Shown here: positions 13,045 through 26,600 of the stretch, in pieces
Numbering within the stretch: the stretch's first letter is position 1
Layout: every line of letters starts with the position of its first letter
Source of the DNA: Octopus bimaculoides
Lineage: Eukaryota
Direction: 5' to 3'
DNA: 64,000 nt
NCBI RefSeq assembly: GCF_001194135.2
Contig: NC_068999.1
Location: forward strand, 40,210,317-40,274,316
Made by a program: the position numbers and the translations under genes
Notes under the pieces: generated by a model
Database searches by the model: none
What the model saw: the letters and a program-made list of their open reading frames with translations, nothing else
What the model was told of the DNA's origin: nothing

Positions 13045-13465
13045 GGCGCATAGCTGGTTTTCATTTTGCCGACTACACAGTGTAATAGGGCCAGTTGGGC
13101 ACCGTATGTGAGAAAAACAGCACCATGACGCAATACATTCTGCCAGAGATTTGGAAACGATGGGCTGTATTCCATGGCATTCATGCCGGAAGCACCAATA
13201 CGAACATTTGAGTGTTTGATTGTCAATCTCAGGACAGTGAGCAAAATCAATCAGAGGAGAGTGCAATCTGAGGACAGTGAGCAAAATCTTGTGAACATCA
13301 TGGTGTTTGGAGTGATCACTAGTAATGATGACGTTATGCCGCCGATCATCTTCCCACACGTCCTCACACTCAACTTGACGTACATCAAGTATTTGGAAGA
13401 TGTAGTGTTGCTCTGGGTCAAGAGAGTGTCTGCTACAGCGCTCTATTCCTGGCAATAGTGACTAG
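13045..13465 (+). mobile_element. Internally deleted Tc1/mariner (DD37D/maT-like) transposon
   Basis: N-terminal MTQYILPEIWKRWAVFHGIHAGSTNTNI..CLIVNLRTV is fused to NIMVFGVITSNDDVMPPIIFPHVLTLN..YIKYLEDVVLLWVKRVS...YSWQ, typical of the DD37D catalytic region (MVFGVV.SDG.VMPP.IF..GL.LN...YI..L..VV.PW......YVWQQD). Confidence 0.8.
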
Positions 13466-14469
13466 TGGAATTAAAAAAGCAAAGAATAATGTTTTCTCTC
13501 TTCCCAGAACTGCCGTGGAGTTGTACGTGTTCTATCATCACTTAAGGCGTCTCTCAAACATAATTTGCAAAAATTTAATCTATTATTCTATAGGTGTGAC
13601 AACAATCTATTTCTGAAAGAGACAGACAGAGAGACAGAGAGACAGGAGAAACAAGTATTCTAGATCGTTCATAAATACTTGCATTAATTTTTTAAAATCT
13701 AAATGTAATTATGTTTCCTGAGATGATGTATAGCTTGGTCTGCTATCAGTAAGGACTGTAAATAGTTTCAACTGGTTCTCACAGCACTTCTGCTGTTGGC
13801 TGCTCTTGAAAGTTTTTCACTAGTTTCCCACCCGCGTCGGTAATGAGTTTACATTATGGATTTCGATGTTCTCATCACAGCCCAAGTCTGAACATCATTC
13901 AACGAGTTTCTCCTTGATGGAGTACATCACTTTTACATTCTATTATTCTCTAAATATGATTGTATTTGCCATTAACCAGACAATCAAAGGACGTAACCGA
14001 ACAACTGCATTATCGTTCATCGTGTTCTTTCTCTAATAGATATTTCACGCCTCCCAACCAACGCATTAAATTGTTCTAAGAATGTTAGTTTAGTAGTCCT
14101 TACACGTAAGACAACATGGGTTTGCAAATATTGGATTGCATATGGTTTTGGCAAATTGATTAATCGTAAAGAATTTATAGAAGGTAGCAATGGCGTTTGT
14201 TTATTGTTAGAACTGGCAAACATGGAGGAATCTAATAATGTGATCGAAGGAAATAAATATAAATAAAAAGGAAATACAGTGTGAATATAATTTAATATGA
14301 TATAATACTATAAGGGTAATATATAACGGCGTAATAAAATACGTGCATGTGTATTTATACGTATGCATATAAGTGTACGCATTACATATGTGTGCGTTCG
14401 TGTGTGTGTGTGTGTGTATACATATACATGTATGTGTAAATGCATTATATATATATATATATAGGTGTA

Positions 14470-14542
<73 letters not shown>

Positions 14543-16414
14543 ACGTACACAAGTATAACAGCTTATACATGCACACATATATGTGTGCGTGTGTGTGGGT
14601 GTGCATGTGTGTATGCGTCTGTGTCTCTGTGTGCGTGTGTTTGTGCTTCCTATATCTCAGTGTCGTTTTATTTGTAATATTCACAAAAACAAATTGAAAA
14701 TGAAAACGCCTTGCTGAAATCATATCGAATCTTGTTAATAACGGTAACTTTCAAAGTTTATAGAGTTACAGTGTGTATTTTAAATAAATGTATTTTCTAT
14801 GGAAAATATTGTAATGCAGATCTTCGTCGTATGCAATATAATGCTAAAGTTGGAAATATATTCGATAAACGTGAGTCAAAATTCAGACAGGCAAAGAGGA
14901 AAAGGTACAACGCTCTGATGCTGTTTCGTCAAATGCTAGCCTTCGTCAACTGCACATATATTCAATTAATTTCTACCAAGACAAGCAATTCGTTTTACGT
15001 GTGCGTCAGACTAGTTTTATCTTATAGGTCTTGTTAATATCTGAGACAGCAGATAGGTAATTTCAGAGAACCTTCTACCAATTTTACGGTACCGAATCAA
15101 AGCTCGTAATGTTCACTTTAAGTATAAGAATATTGTACAATTTTCATGTTTATTTTTTGAACAGAAATCTATTCCACATAAGGCGATGTAAATTACCAAA
15201 GTGCCTATTGCACCATTCTAGCTAGGAACAGTATAGTATATGAAGTTTGGGACTTCATTTGCATCTGTTATGTAGTACTTTGTATTCGATCTAGATGTAT
15301 ATCTTTCGAAGTGAAGTTTTTATGCAGCTTTTATATAGCAATCACACACGATTCTATAGAAGTTAATTGTATTTTAAATTGTATATGGCGGTTTTGCAAT
15401 CCCGTGATTTCACAATTCCTTTAAAATGGATCACTTTTAAGGTAACGATGCACCAATATTCGCTCGCCTTTTCTGCTAGAAACAGTAGCCATATGCGATC
15501 TATTATCTTTAAGCAATAAAACAAACCTCCGAACCCATTTCAATGTCAGAATAAAAAAGATGCGCTGCTAATATTTGTTAGACTTTTCATCAGACTTTTT
15601 TCTTATGAACACAAAGTCAAAATTTAGATTACTAGAAAAAAATTGTGGGTTAAAAAGATGTCTAATAAAAAAGAATTGTATCTTTTTAGTTTGTGGGAGG
15701 TATAAGCAAGTAGATAAGTATTTATACATATATGTATATGAGTGTGTGTATGTGTGTGTTTGTGTATGTATACGTACATAACTGCAAACACATATGAACA
15801 CAGAAATATGTGCGGCTATGAGTCCTTATGTGTGTATATGTATATATATCTCAATGCGAATGAGTATCTTTTCACAAATATATTTAATAGATGTGTGATT
15901 CTAATGTTAACGATCAATATAATTTTCGGTAGTGAACAAAGAATTTCTGTGAAAAGAATTACATAGGAATCAATAAATGATTGATAATCGATTAGGAAAT
16001 GAGGTCTGTAATTTCATAAATGTATTGACGAGATACGAAAATGTATTATAAACACTATTTATTTTTATCACATCATTTTACATTTTAATATTCTTCGTTT
16101 TCTTTATTGATTATTTTTTGTTTTATTAAAACATTTTTGTCTTATACTCTTTGTTATCTCTTGTCCTTTTTTTTTTAAATAGCTCTTTGGATATCGTTAA
16201 CGATATTGTATTTACGGAATAAAAGAATATGCAATATCGAGGAATATTAGAAGGAGAGCAACGATGGGTGAAGCATATAAAATATAAACAAAGATAATGA
16301 TGGATATTTGAATGATTTAAAAACACATAGTGAAGACATGATTGTTTGTAATAGAGAAGGTGAACGACCGTGAAAATATGTACAAAATAAAATTAATAAA
16401 AAGGATGTTAAAAC

Positions 16415-16451
<37 letters not shown>

Positions 16452-16658
16452 TTTATAACACTTGCTTTATGATTGCCAACAATGCCAAATCATTCATTCA
16501 AGGAAGCTTCTTAGAGGAATGGTTTACATAATGTGTAAGGATATGCAAATATTTCGAAGAACAAAAACTTAGAATGGGCGAAGGAATTCTATATTAAAAG
16601 GCAGTTTCAAATATATAAATCTGTCTATCTCTTTCTCTTCCTCTCCACACATATGTAT

Positions 16659-16731
<73 letters not shown>

Positions 16732-16833
16732 NNNNNNNNNNNNNNNNNNNNNNNNNNNNNNNNNNNNNNNNNNNNNNNNNNNNNNNNNNNNNNNNNNNNN
16801 NNNNNNNNNNNNCATACATGGTGTCATATATAT

Positions 16834-16866
<33 letters not shown>

Positions 16867-17194
16867 TACATGCTGTCATATATATAAATGCATAGACAGG
16901 TGACATAACATACTGAATGTAAAAACGAACAGTTATCGACCAATTGGTATATTCCGTTTCGCACCTTGAACGATTAGACTGAGTCCTTTCTAATTGGCGG
17001 TGCCCGCAAAAACATTTTTTGGCAGACAATTAGGGACGAGAGCAAACAAAGCAAAACGACACAGGGTGATTTAGGACAGTGGAGAAGGACGAACAGTCGA
17101 ACAAAATACGGCTTTGGTGTCAAGGAGACGAGAATAGTGTGTAACGCTTAGACAATGTATTGAATATTGGCGAACGGACACACATACATACATG

Positions 17195-17259
<65 letters not shown>

Positions 17260-19454
17260 TCTCTCACACACATACACACAGATGCAAAGATAGTTAAACA
17301 CTCACACAGCATCACAGCCCCGCTGGTTCAGAAATTTCCATTTTTGTTCAACCACATTCTACTGACTATACTAGAAAATTATGATATCCAGTTGCGTTGC
17401 TCAGCACTTTTAAAATCTTCTCAGACAAGGGCTGTAGTTTGTCCATAAACTAATCCTTAACATTATTCTCTCACTGACAAAATCCATGCAGAACGCTTAA
17501 ATCTTCACCGTGTATTTCTCTGAAGCCCGTTTTTATATATACGCTCGGAAACTGACTCTATTCCACATTTGCTTAGGTCATGAATATAATTCCTATGTAA
17601 CAGCCGTGATTCCACATTACTACAAGATTATCTCCAGCCTCCCCATCCGTAGTCATGAGAAAAATAAATATTTGTAAAAATTTGGACTCAAAATCAAAAC
17701 CATTTTATGCGAAGAACAGAAATGGAACTCACTGCAAAGACGTCAAAACGATTCAAATAATTCAAAGTATTCTACAGAAATAAGACACTAAATGTGAAAA
17801 TAAACTGACGCAGATCTTGAGAAGTAGTGGCTGAATATTTCATCAATAAACTTGTGAAGTCGCTGGAAAATGTGTAGAACACTTATATATCAGGAAATTA
17901 CAAATGCTAAATTCCGGGTGAAATACTTAACAAGCGGGAAGCCAGTATTAGTGAAAATGTTTAACATAAAGCAAACATCACAAAGACTATTCAACGGGAG
18001 GGAAAAAAATGTAAAAACTAAATCCCAATCCAGCGAAATTAAAAAGCATCTCTCGGATACATAACCTAGTTTCCTACAGCAATAATATAGCAATAGATTA
18101 ATAAATGCCTGGAAAAAGTAATTTCCAAGGAGAAGAATAGGAACGATATTAAAAAAGCCCCATATCACAAGAAAGGTCAAATATAGTTATCGAACACCGA
18201 TCACAGAAGAAGATAGGTCGAGCAAAGTCATGCATTGCTTACGAAAAAGACTTTTGAAATGGTCACTGCACGTGAATCCTGGTAATATTAGCTATAATGA
18301 TGTGGTAGCATCAATAGTCATGTGATACATGAAATACGTGATGAAGGAAACAGCTAACAATTCTGCAAAAACAGACAACAGAAAGAAATATGTAAGGGGA
18401 TTCACTCTCTTTACATTTTTAGACATATACACACACTTATGTACATATGTATGCGTATACATACTGGCGGGTTAGATATTATAGACAATGGTAGGCTTTC
18501 AAAGCGACCGTGGGTCATATTTGGAATGATTTTCAAAATACATTCTGTTATCGATCACCAGTGACCTTGGAATATATGACAACATCAACATGAAAAACTA
18601 CATGCAGAATTTACATGGCGCAGTCAATTAATTTCAGTTTTATTTTTAATCGTTTTTGTTTTTTTGTTCTTTGTCTGTATCTTACAAAAGCCTTACATAC
18701 ACAAAACTCTTTTGTCAGAATATTGATATAAACCTGCTTAAAATAGGAGCAAGCATTTCTTTCCAGCTATTTCCGGAGTCTGTTCATATATGAGGCGTTA
18801 TATTGGATTTCATTGCACGTTAAATTTTAACAAAAATGATATTATTTTCGGGTAGTATGGAAATTACTCTGCATTTAGCTTTTTTGTTTTGATTTCAACC
18901 AATCCAAACACAAAATTTAGTATTATTTTAGCAAAGTTAATATACCATTTTACTTCTTTATTTTTTTTTTGTTTTGCTTTTTGTTTTGTTTTGTTTTTCA
19001 GTTGATTTACTAAAAATTTCCGTGTTAATTTAAACTATTAAAATGATGGATTTTGTTTCGTGCCCGCATTGATATTCGGACGGCTGTTGTTGTTAGATAT
19101 TGATATGTTTATTTAGAAGTTAAAAAAGTTGATAGCGAATATGCATAGACATACATATATGCAAACACAGGCATACGCACGTATATATATATTTATACAT
19201 ATATACTCAGATCTATCCATATATATATATATAGCAGCAAAAATATAAAGAAACGAAAATTTATATAGATATCATTATTGTTATTATTATCGAAGGCAAT
19301 ACAAATAGTTTATAATACCAATATCAATATAGGTGGTTACGGGCCTAAATCAGCATTTTAAGCTGTAGAATTAAAATTACATTCATCAAAGGACACATTA
19401 AAGTGTGTTTATGTGTGTGTGTGTGTCAATATATATATATATATATATATATGC

Positions 19455-19635
19455 GCAGGAGTGGCTGGGTGGTAGGTAAGTAGCTTGCTTACCAGCCACT
19501 GTACGTGGGTGTGTGTGTGTGTGTGTGTGTGCGTGCCTGTTTGTCCCCCAGCATTGCTTCAGAACCAATGCTGGTGTGGTTGCGTCTTCGTAACATAGCG
19601 TTTCTGCGTGCCAATGTTTCCGCCAGCTTGCCACG
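19455..19635 (+). mobile_element. Internally deleted SINE B abutting an inverted SINE A 5' end
   Basis: GCAGGAGTGGCTGGGTGGTAGGTAAGTAGCTTGCTTACCAGCCACT-(GT)n-GCCTGTTTGTCCCCCAGCATTGC..., then the reverse complement of GGCAAGCTGGCGGAAAC. Confidence 0.8.
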
Positions 19636-20709
19636 TAATATTGTCAGTATTAATCCCAGGTTCTGTATGTAGTATCAGTGGCAGCAACTAATGGTTGTAA
19701 AACAGCTTTCATTGTAGCAGAACGGTCTCTGCCGTATTCGTTATACCGTTGGTCAGTATTTTGAATGTGGTTGCTGATGTCGTTGGAGAGAGAGGGGTGG
19801 TCGTATTGGCGGCAGTGGTATTGACGTTTCATGTTGTTGCGGGGACGATTAGAATAGTAGTATTTATTTTTAATCCGTAGGAATTTGCGCATAAGAAGTT
19901 CATTAATATGGCAGAAAGGGTGCTGATCATGTCGTGTAAGCGTGGCATTTGCTTTAAAATGTTTTGTAGTTATTTTCTCACAAGCCAGAACGAATTGTGT
20001 AAACTGAACGGTAAGTCAAATAATCCGCTGTATATCTATTAATCATAGGGAGATAATGAGAGAAAATAGATTTGATTGCTCCTGCGTGCATGTATTTAAT
20101 CTTCGAATTCTTGTTGGAATCATTATTGGTATTTATGAGACGGCAAGCCGGTAGAATCGATAAAGTAAGTACTAATTGTGCACTAGGGTTGATGTAATCG
20201 ACATAACACCTTCCCACAATTGCTGGCCTTGTGCCAACATTTGAAACTGATATTTCTTGCAGACTCTGACAGTTTTCGATCCTCGCTTAGCGTGATGTCT
20301 TTGATCATTATATGTTTCAAATCTCCTTTTGTAATCCCCATCTTATCCGTACCATCTAATTAGTATTAAGATTCATAATCTTCCCGAGATACGTACTTAG
20401 TAGTGATTTTAACAACAGTATAGTAATCTTACATTGTGCTATGCTTTTGCGAGTGTATACTTTAATATTGAAATGTATCAAAAAATGATATATTGTATAC
20501 ATTTCAATTTCTGATAACTTACTTCTCATTAATTTCTTGATTTAATCGCGTTATTTAATATTTTTGTGTCTAAGCTTATATTCTTCAAATAGAATATCAT
20601 GTTTCGTATCACCTACATAATCATAGGATGATCTAAGATCATTAAACACAGTTCTGTGTACCATGTTTTCAATTTAGCTTCTATTTACCGTTGTTTGATT
20701 TAGACGATA

Positions 20710-20752
20710 GCAGGAGTGGCTGTGTGGTAAGTAAGTAGCTTGCTTTCCAACC

Positions 20753-20813
<61 letters not shown>

Positions 20814-20822
20814 CTGTTTGTT
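20710..20822 (+). mobile_element. Internally deleted SINE B, twin of the 19455 copy
   Basis: GCAGGAGTGGCTGTGTGGTAAGTAAGTAGCTTGCTTTCCAACCACT-(GT)n-GCCTGTTTGT. Confidence 0.8.
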
Positions 20823-20876
20823 TAAATTAGACGATTAACACAGTGTATGATAATAGTACTATGTTTGTATACAGTT

Positions 20877-21609
20877 NNNNNNNNNNNNNNNNNNNNNNNN
20901 NNNNNNNNNNNNNNNNNNNNNNNNNNNNNNNNNNNNNNNNNNNNNNNNNNNNNNNNNNNNNNNNNNNNNNNNNNNNNNNNNNNNNNNNNNNNNNNNNNNN
21001 NNNNNNNNNNNNNNNNNNNNNNNNNNNNNNNNNNNNNNNNNNNNNNNNNNNNNNNNNNNNNNNNNNNNNNNNNNNNNNNNNNNNNNNNNNNNNNNNNNNN
21101 NNNNNNNNNNNNNNNNNNNNNNNNNNNNNNNNNNNNNNNNNNNNNNNNNNNNNNNNNNNNNNNNNNNNNNNNNNNNNNNNNNNNNNNNNNNNNNNNNNNN
21201 NNNNNNNNNNNNNNNNNNNNNNNNNNNNNNNNNNNNNNNNNNNNNNNNNNNNNNNNNNNNNNNNNNNNNNNNNNNNNNNNNNNNNNNNNNNNNNNNNNNN
21301 NNNNNNNNNNNNNNNNNNNNNNNNNNNNNNNNNNNNNNNNNNNNNNNNNNNNNNNNNNNNNNNNNNNNNNNNNNNNNNNNNNNNNNNNNNNNNNNNNNNN
21401 NNNNNNNNNNNNNNNNNNNNNNNNNNNNNNNNNNNNNNNNNNNNNNNNNNNNNNNNNNNNNNNNNNNNNNNNNNNNNNNNNNNNNNNNNNNNNNNNNNNN
21501 NNNNNNNNNNNNNNNNNNNNNNNNNNNNNNNNNNNNNNNNNNNNNNNNNNNNNNNNNNNNNNNNNNNNNNNNNNNNNNNNNNNNNNNNNNNNNNNNNNNN
21601 NNNNNNNNN
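20877..21609. other. Assembly gap (largest of many N runs in the window)
   Basis: Run of N. Most gaps in this window are flanked by (AT)n tracts. Confidence 0.99.
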
Positions 21610-22636
21610 TATATATATATGTATATATATATATCGAGAGAGAGAGAGAGATACATATAAATATATACATATATGTGCATACATATCTACGTATATACAT
21701 AAGTATATATACAAGCGTGTATATATTCATACACACATAAATAAACACACTGAAACACATACACACAGACAATCTTATGTACATAGAAATAGAGGACGAG
21801 GAAGTGATAAAGCATGAGAGACCGCAGATTTTTAAACGTTGCGTAGACATTTAATTAAGCGAATGAATTTAATGAAATCGTAACGAATTCAATTGTTTAT
21901 GAGTGCAATCTTTATAACTTGATTTCAAATTTTACTGACACAGTCATCAACGGTCTCCGTCATATCCAAACTCCTGGTGATATAAGTGCCAGACAAGCGT
22001 TGGCAATAATTTCTTTCTGTAGGACGCTATGCTCTTAGACACATTCTCAAATTACTCTGGCAGCGCAATTCACCCAGTTATTTGTGATTTACCGTAAGGA
22101 TCTTCGGAATGAGATAATCGTAAATCAAATTTTACACTCTAACAGGAACGTCATATATGGGGTACAATGACAATGAGTTATATGTGCTTTCAAACTCATT
22201 ACATCGAGAATTCCACGTGTGTACATTTGGTTAAAAGAGAAAAAAGAAAAGCGAAATGTGAACAAAGCAAGAAATGCGAATAAGCAGGACGCTTTGGTCA
22301 TATTTTATTTCATAGATATATTTTCTTGTAAATGATCCCCTAAAATTTGAAATAACATAATCGAAATCCAAACAAATAGAGAATTCTAACTTTCAATAAA
22401 TCTGTCGATGACTTCCCCTACATTCACATGTTTTAAGTGTCCATTCTAATCCTCATATCGTTAAAAATATCGTTTTTATACTGTAAAAGTAACCAATATG
22501 ACCATAACAATCGAAACAACACTTCCCCCTTTACTAAGGCGGAGGTACTTTATGGTAGCCAAACTAGAAAATACTATATTATAGAATTCTCAAATAAATA
22601 TGAATAGTTATATAGTAATATTTTAATTTCATTTAA

Positions 22637-22712
22637 GATGGCAAGCTAGCAGAATCGTTAATACGTCATGCAATATGTTCGCGGCATTTTATCTGTCTTT
22701 ATGTTCTGAGTT
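22637..22712 (+). mobile_element. SINE A 5' fragment
   Basis: GATGGCAAGCTAGCAGAATCGTTA...GTTCTGAGTTCAAATTCTGC. Confidence 0.75.
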
Positions 22713-22935
22713 CAAATTCTGCTAAAAGGAGTGCAGAGCATTACTTTTGGCACCAGCTTGGTTGCGGGAGCTGCCGGAAGAGTGTCAAGTCGAACACTAA
22801 ACCGCCTACGGGGCTGCACCTTGGATTTCTTTGAAGGTTGTCTCCTTTGCGTAACCCTGGATAAGGGTCCATAGCGGGTACTGTCAGCCGGAGCCAGCTG
22901 AGCCCGGCATTTGTGTCAGGCAGAGTCGTCACTCC
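22713..22935. mobile_element. GC-rich island, probable retrotransposon 5' fragment (family unassigned)
   Basis: Abrupt GC-rich block fused to a truncated SINE; no convincing ORF or splice signals; family assignment is inference only. Confidence 0.3.
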
Positions 22936-23893
22936 CTGAAGTATTGAAGAAAATCGTTACCCACTATCTATATTTGTAAAAAGTATTCCTATTTAACAAA
23001 AGATTTTACGTGTCAATAATTAAATCAGCACCATTGATTTTCTTTTTCATTATCCATTAACAGAAATAGTACAGAATATTTGAGATGTATTATTTTCCAA
23101 AATGATGCAAAATATCTGCTAAAAAATATAAAAATTAATTATGTAAATCTGCATATATTATTAACTTGTTATTCCGGTATATTAATGTCTTTAATGTTTC
23201 GTTAACATTTACAAGTAACATGACAAACTTCATTCGTAATAATTTATTAAAGTTAATTACGTTACTACAAGTCATATTTATCTATGTGTCTTCAGGTCTT
23301 TCAATTTACCAACAATACATCACCACTCGAATCATTTAGGTTTAAATGTAAACTTGAGCATTATTCATTTATGAAATACGCCAAAATTATTTCAAATATA
23401 TCTCGTTATTTCTAGTTAGCTTTTCTGTAGATATTTTCATATTTTATGCTTCATAAACCTAAAAACAATTATCATCTATACTTACCCAATAGTTCTATTG
23501 TATATACGGTTTCTCTTATTACTTATTTGTAATTATCACTCATATTTCTGAATACAATTCCATCACATTCTGCATTGTCAACATTATTTTCTATACAAAC
23601 AAAATATTTCATTGCGTTAATATTGTGCACGATTCAGTGAGAAACTATTATATGAAAATACATTCCTGATGTTGTACACTTTCATTTAGCTATTGTTCTT
23701 TTGCTTAATACATATATCCATGCATACAAGGATACATAAATATATGTGTATATGTATACATAATTTGGAAGAGATTAATTCTTCTTGTGAACCCGCAAAA
23801 GGTTAACAAGCATGGAGTCGTGTCAAAGTATTCTTAAATAATATATTTTTAGTCTTTACTCATTCACTCGTTTCAACTGTTGCAACTGCTATA

Positions 23894-23952
<59 letters not shown>

Positions 23953-24595
23953 TGTATGTATCATATATGTATCATATATGTATATATATAAACTCTCGGA
24001 CCTTGAGTCACTCTGTTACTTCTAAATGTTAATATATGTACTTGCTTGTGTGTGTGTGTGTATGTACATTTGTATAAATTCATTTACATCTTGACAGTCT
24101 ACTAGACTATATAAACTATAAATGAGTAAGAAAGATGTACAGGTGTCAGTTCATTAAGGCCGTTTCAAGTGACACCTTTAATTGATTAATGAAAACATTA
24201 TATCATTGCAAAGAAACCGTTTTCGTCAGATGACTGGTTAGACTTCACGCACAAAGAACAAACTAACTGTTTTAACATATTCGTATCACCAACTGGAGCA
24301 CACATATTTACATTGATTCCGCTGCTTTTATCTTTAGCAGAATGTGTTTGTAAAATAGTCTATGAAGTGTCGAACCTACGACAATTCAGAGGCTAATAGA
24401 GGTTATAGTCGGGGTAGGTGAATAATTGAGTGTAGTGACCTAGTTACCTACACTTCGAAGACAATGGGGGGAATGTAGTCTTCAATCATCCAAAATTAGA
24501 TCTTTTGGCAGTTGTTGCTGTATTCTGGACGAAGGTGATAAATAAGTTTATATCGTGACAGCCTAAGATAATTATATATATGTACATATATATAC

Positions 24596-24815
24596 TCTCT
24601 TTTACTTTTTACTTTTTTCAGTCATTTGACTGCGGCCATGCTGGAGCACCGACTTTGGTCGAGCAAATTGACCACAGAACTTATTCTTTGTAAGCCTAGT
24701 ACTTATTCTATCGGCCTCTTTTGTCGAACCGCTAAGTTACAAGGATGTAAACACACCAGCATCGCTTGTCAAGCGATGGGGGGACAAACACAGACACACA
24801 AACAAACACACACAC

Positions 24816-24864
<49 letters not shown>

Positions 24865-25035
24865 CACATATACAGGACGGGCTTCTTTCAGTTTCCGTCT
24901 ACCAAATCCACTCACAAGGCTTTGGTCGGCTCGGGGCTATAATAGAAGACACTTACCCAAGGTGACAAGGTGATACGCAGTGGGACTGAATCTAGAACCA
25001 TGTGGTTGGTAAACAAGATACTTACCACACAGTCA
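24596..25035 (-). mobile_element. Near full-length SINE B
   Basis: Reverse complement of the 51448-51836 copy, including the central (GT)n/(AT)n tract and the GCATGGCCGCAGTCAAATGACTGAAA..GTAAAA tail. Confidence 0.92.
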
Positions 25036-25044
25036 CGTCGTGTA

Positions 25045-25200
25045 TTTTTGTCCCAGAAACATAGCAGTTCGGCGAAAGAAAACGATGGAATAAGTACTAG
25101 ACTTACAAAGAATATAACCTTGGGTTGTTTTCTTCAACTAAACGCGGTGCACCAGCATAGCGGCAATGAAATGGCTGAAACAATTAAAAGAATAAAGTTA
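25045..25200 (+). mobile_element. SINE B 3' fragment, inverted relative to the adjacent copy
   Basis: GCAGTTCGGCGAAAGAAAACGATGGAATAAGTACTAGACTTACAAAGAAT...CAGCATAGCGGCAATGAAATGGCTGAAAC. Confidence 0.85.
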
Positions 25201-26304
25201 AAACATATTCAAATGATCCTACATCTATACACGATTTGAGAGATGCGATAAGAATGTACTTTGTACGCCTTAAAGAAATGCAGTTGCTAACAGTATTTCG
25301 TGAGATTCAAAATTCTATTACAGTTTGAACAACTAAGGACGAATGGACATAGGGCAAATTATCAATCTTAATGATCTATATATCAAAATATCTAATACGT
25401 TTCTACGCTAATAATTTTCAGGAAATAACTGTAAAACAAATTGTTACAAATTATAAATTTAAAACAAATACATAGATATAAGTGCGCGTGTATGTATGTG
25501 CGTGTGTTTGTGTGTGTGTGGGTGTGTGTGTGTGCTTGTGTGTGTGTGAGTGTGTGTGTGTGTTTATTAGAGAGAGAAAGGGGAGAGCAGGAGAATTAGG
25601 TAGATAGATGGATAGATTTAGAAAGATAGATCAACATGCACCTTTTCAGTTAAATATGTGTGTGTGTGTGTATGTATGTATGTATTTACACTAGTAAGTT
25701 TTGAAGTATCTATATATATAGTTCAACAAGCAGGTGTATCAATCTGACGCTCGGGAAGGTGAGAAAGTCTTTTACGTTTTGAGCCTGCGCTCATTATATA
25801 TATATATACATGTATACACACACATTCATACATAGGCACAAACATCCTTACGCACTTACAAAGAAACACATACATACACGCACACACATATCCACAGATA
25901 GATGGCTGTGATAGCTAAAGATATTCACAGCTAGACATAAATATATTTATATATTCATACATACATATAAACCTTATATGCGTGCATACAAATATTTGTA
26001 GGTGGTTTGTATGTATTAGATGTCATCTGGTAAACAATAGAATACAAAATAGAGGAGAACGGATGCCAGAGGTGCTTTCTTCATATTTAATTTGTTTGAA
26101 CGTTCAGCGCAGCCTGAATACACAGAGAATGGAAGTAACCCTTTCATTATGATTTAGATTTCAACAATTCGCCCGGTAATCTCAATAATCGATTGCAGAA
26201 ATAATAATTGAAATATTTGGGTTTCATTTGTTTGTATTTTACTCCTCCATCATCCCTTTCCCCCTCTTGTTTCTCCTTCAAATTTTTATTAGTATTGTTA
26301 TTGT

Positions 26305-26341
26305 CATCATAATCATCACCACCATCATCATCATCATCATC

Positions 26342-26403
<62 letters not shown>

Positions 26404-26444
26404 CATAATTATCATTATTATTATTATTATTATTGTTATTATTA

Positions 26445-26475
<31 letters not shown>

Positions 26476-26507
26476 CATTATCATAATCATTATTATTATT
26501 ATTGTTG

Positions 26508-26550
<43 letters not shown>

Positions 26551-26600
26551 CATCATCATCATCATCATCATCATCGTCGTCATCATTATTATGATTATTT
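26305..26600. repeat. Compound (ATC)n/(ATT)n microsatellite
   Basis: Direct reading; explains the poly-Ile/Met ORFs. Confidence 0.97.

Noticed and set aside
13018-13458. Overlapping 145-, 94- and 72-aa ORFs as host genes
   Set aside because: DD37D-type transposase relic and its antisense frames.
19650-19892. 80-aa minus-strand ORF and an alternative Thr-rich frame
   Set aside because: Low-complexity (ACN/GTN-rich) sequence with no splice signals or motif, and the alternative frame is interrupted by stops.
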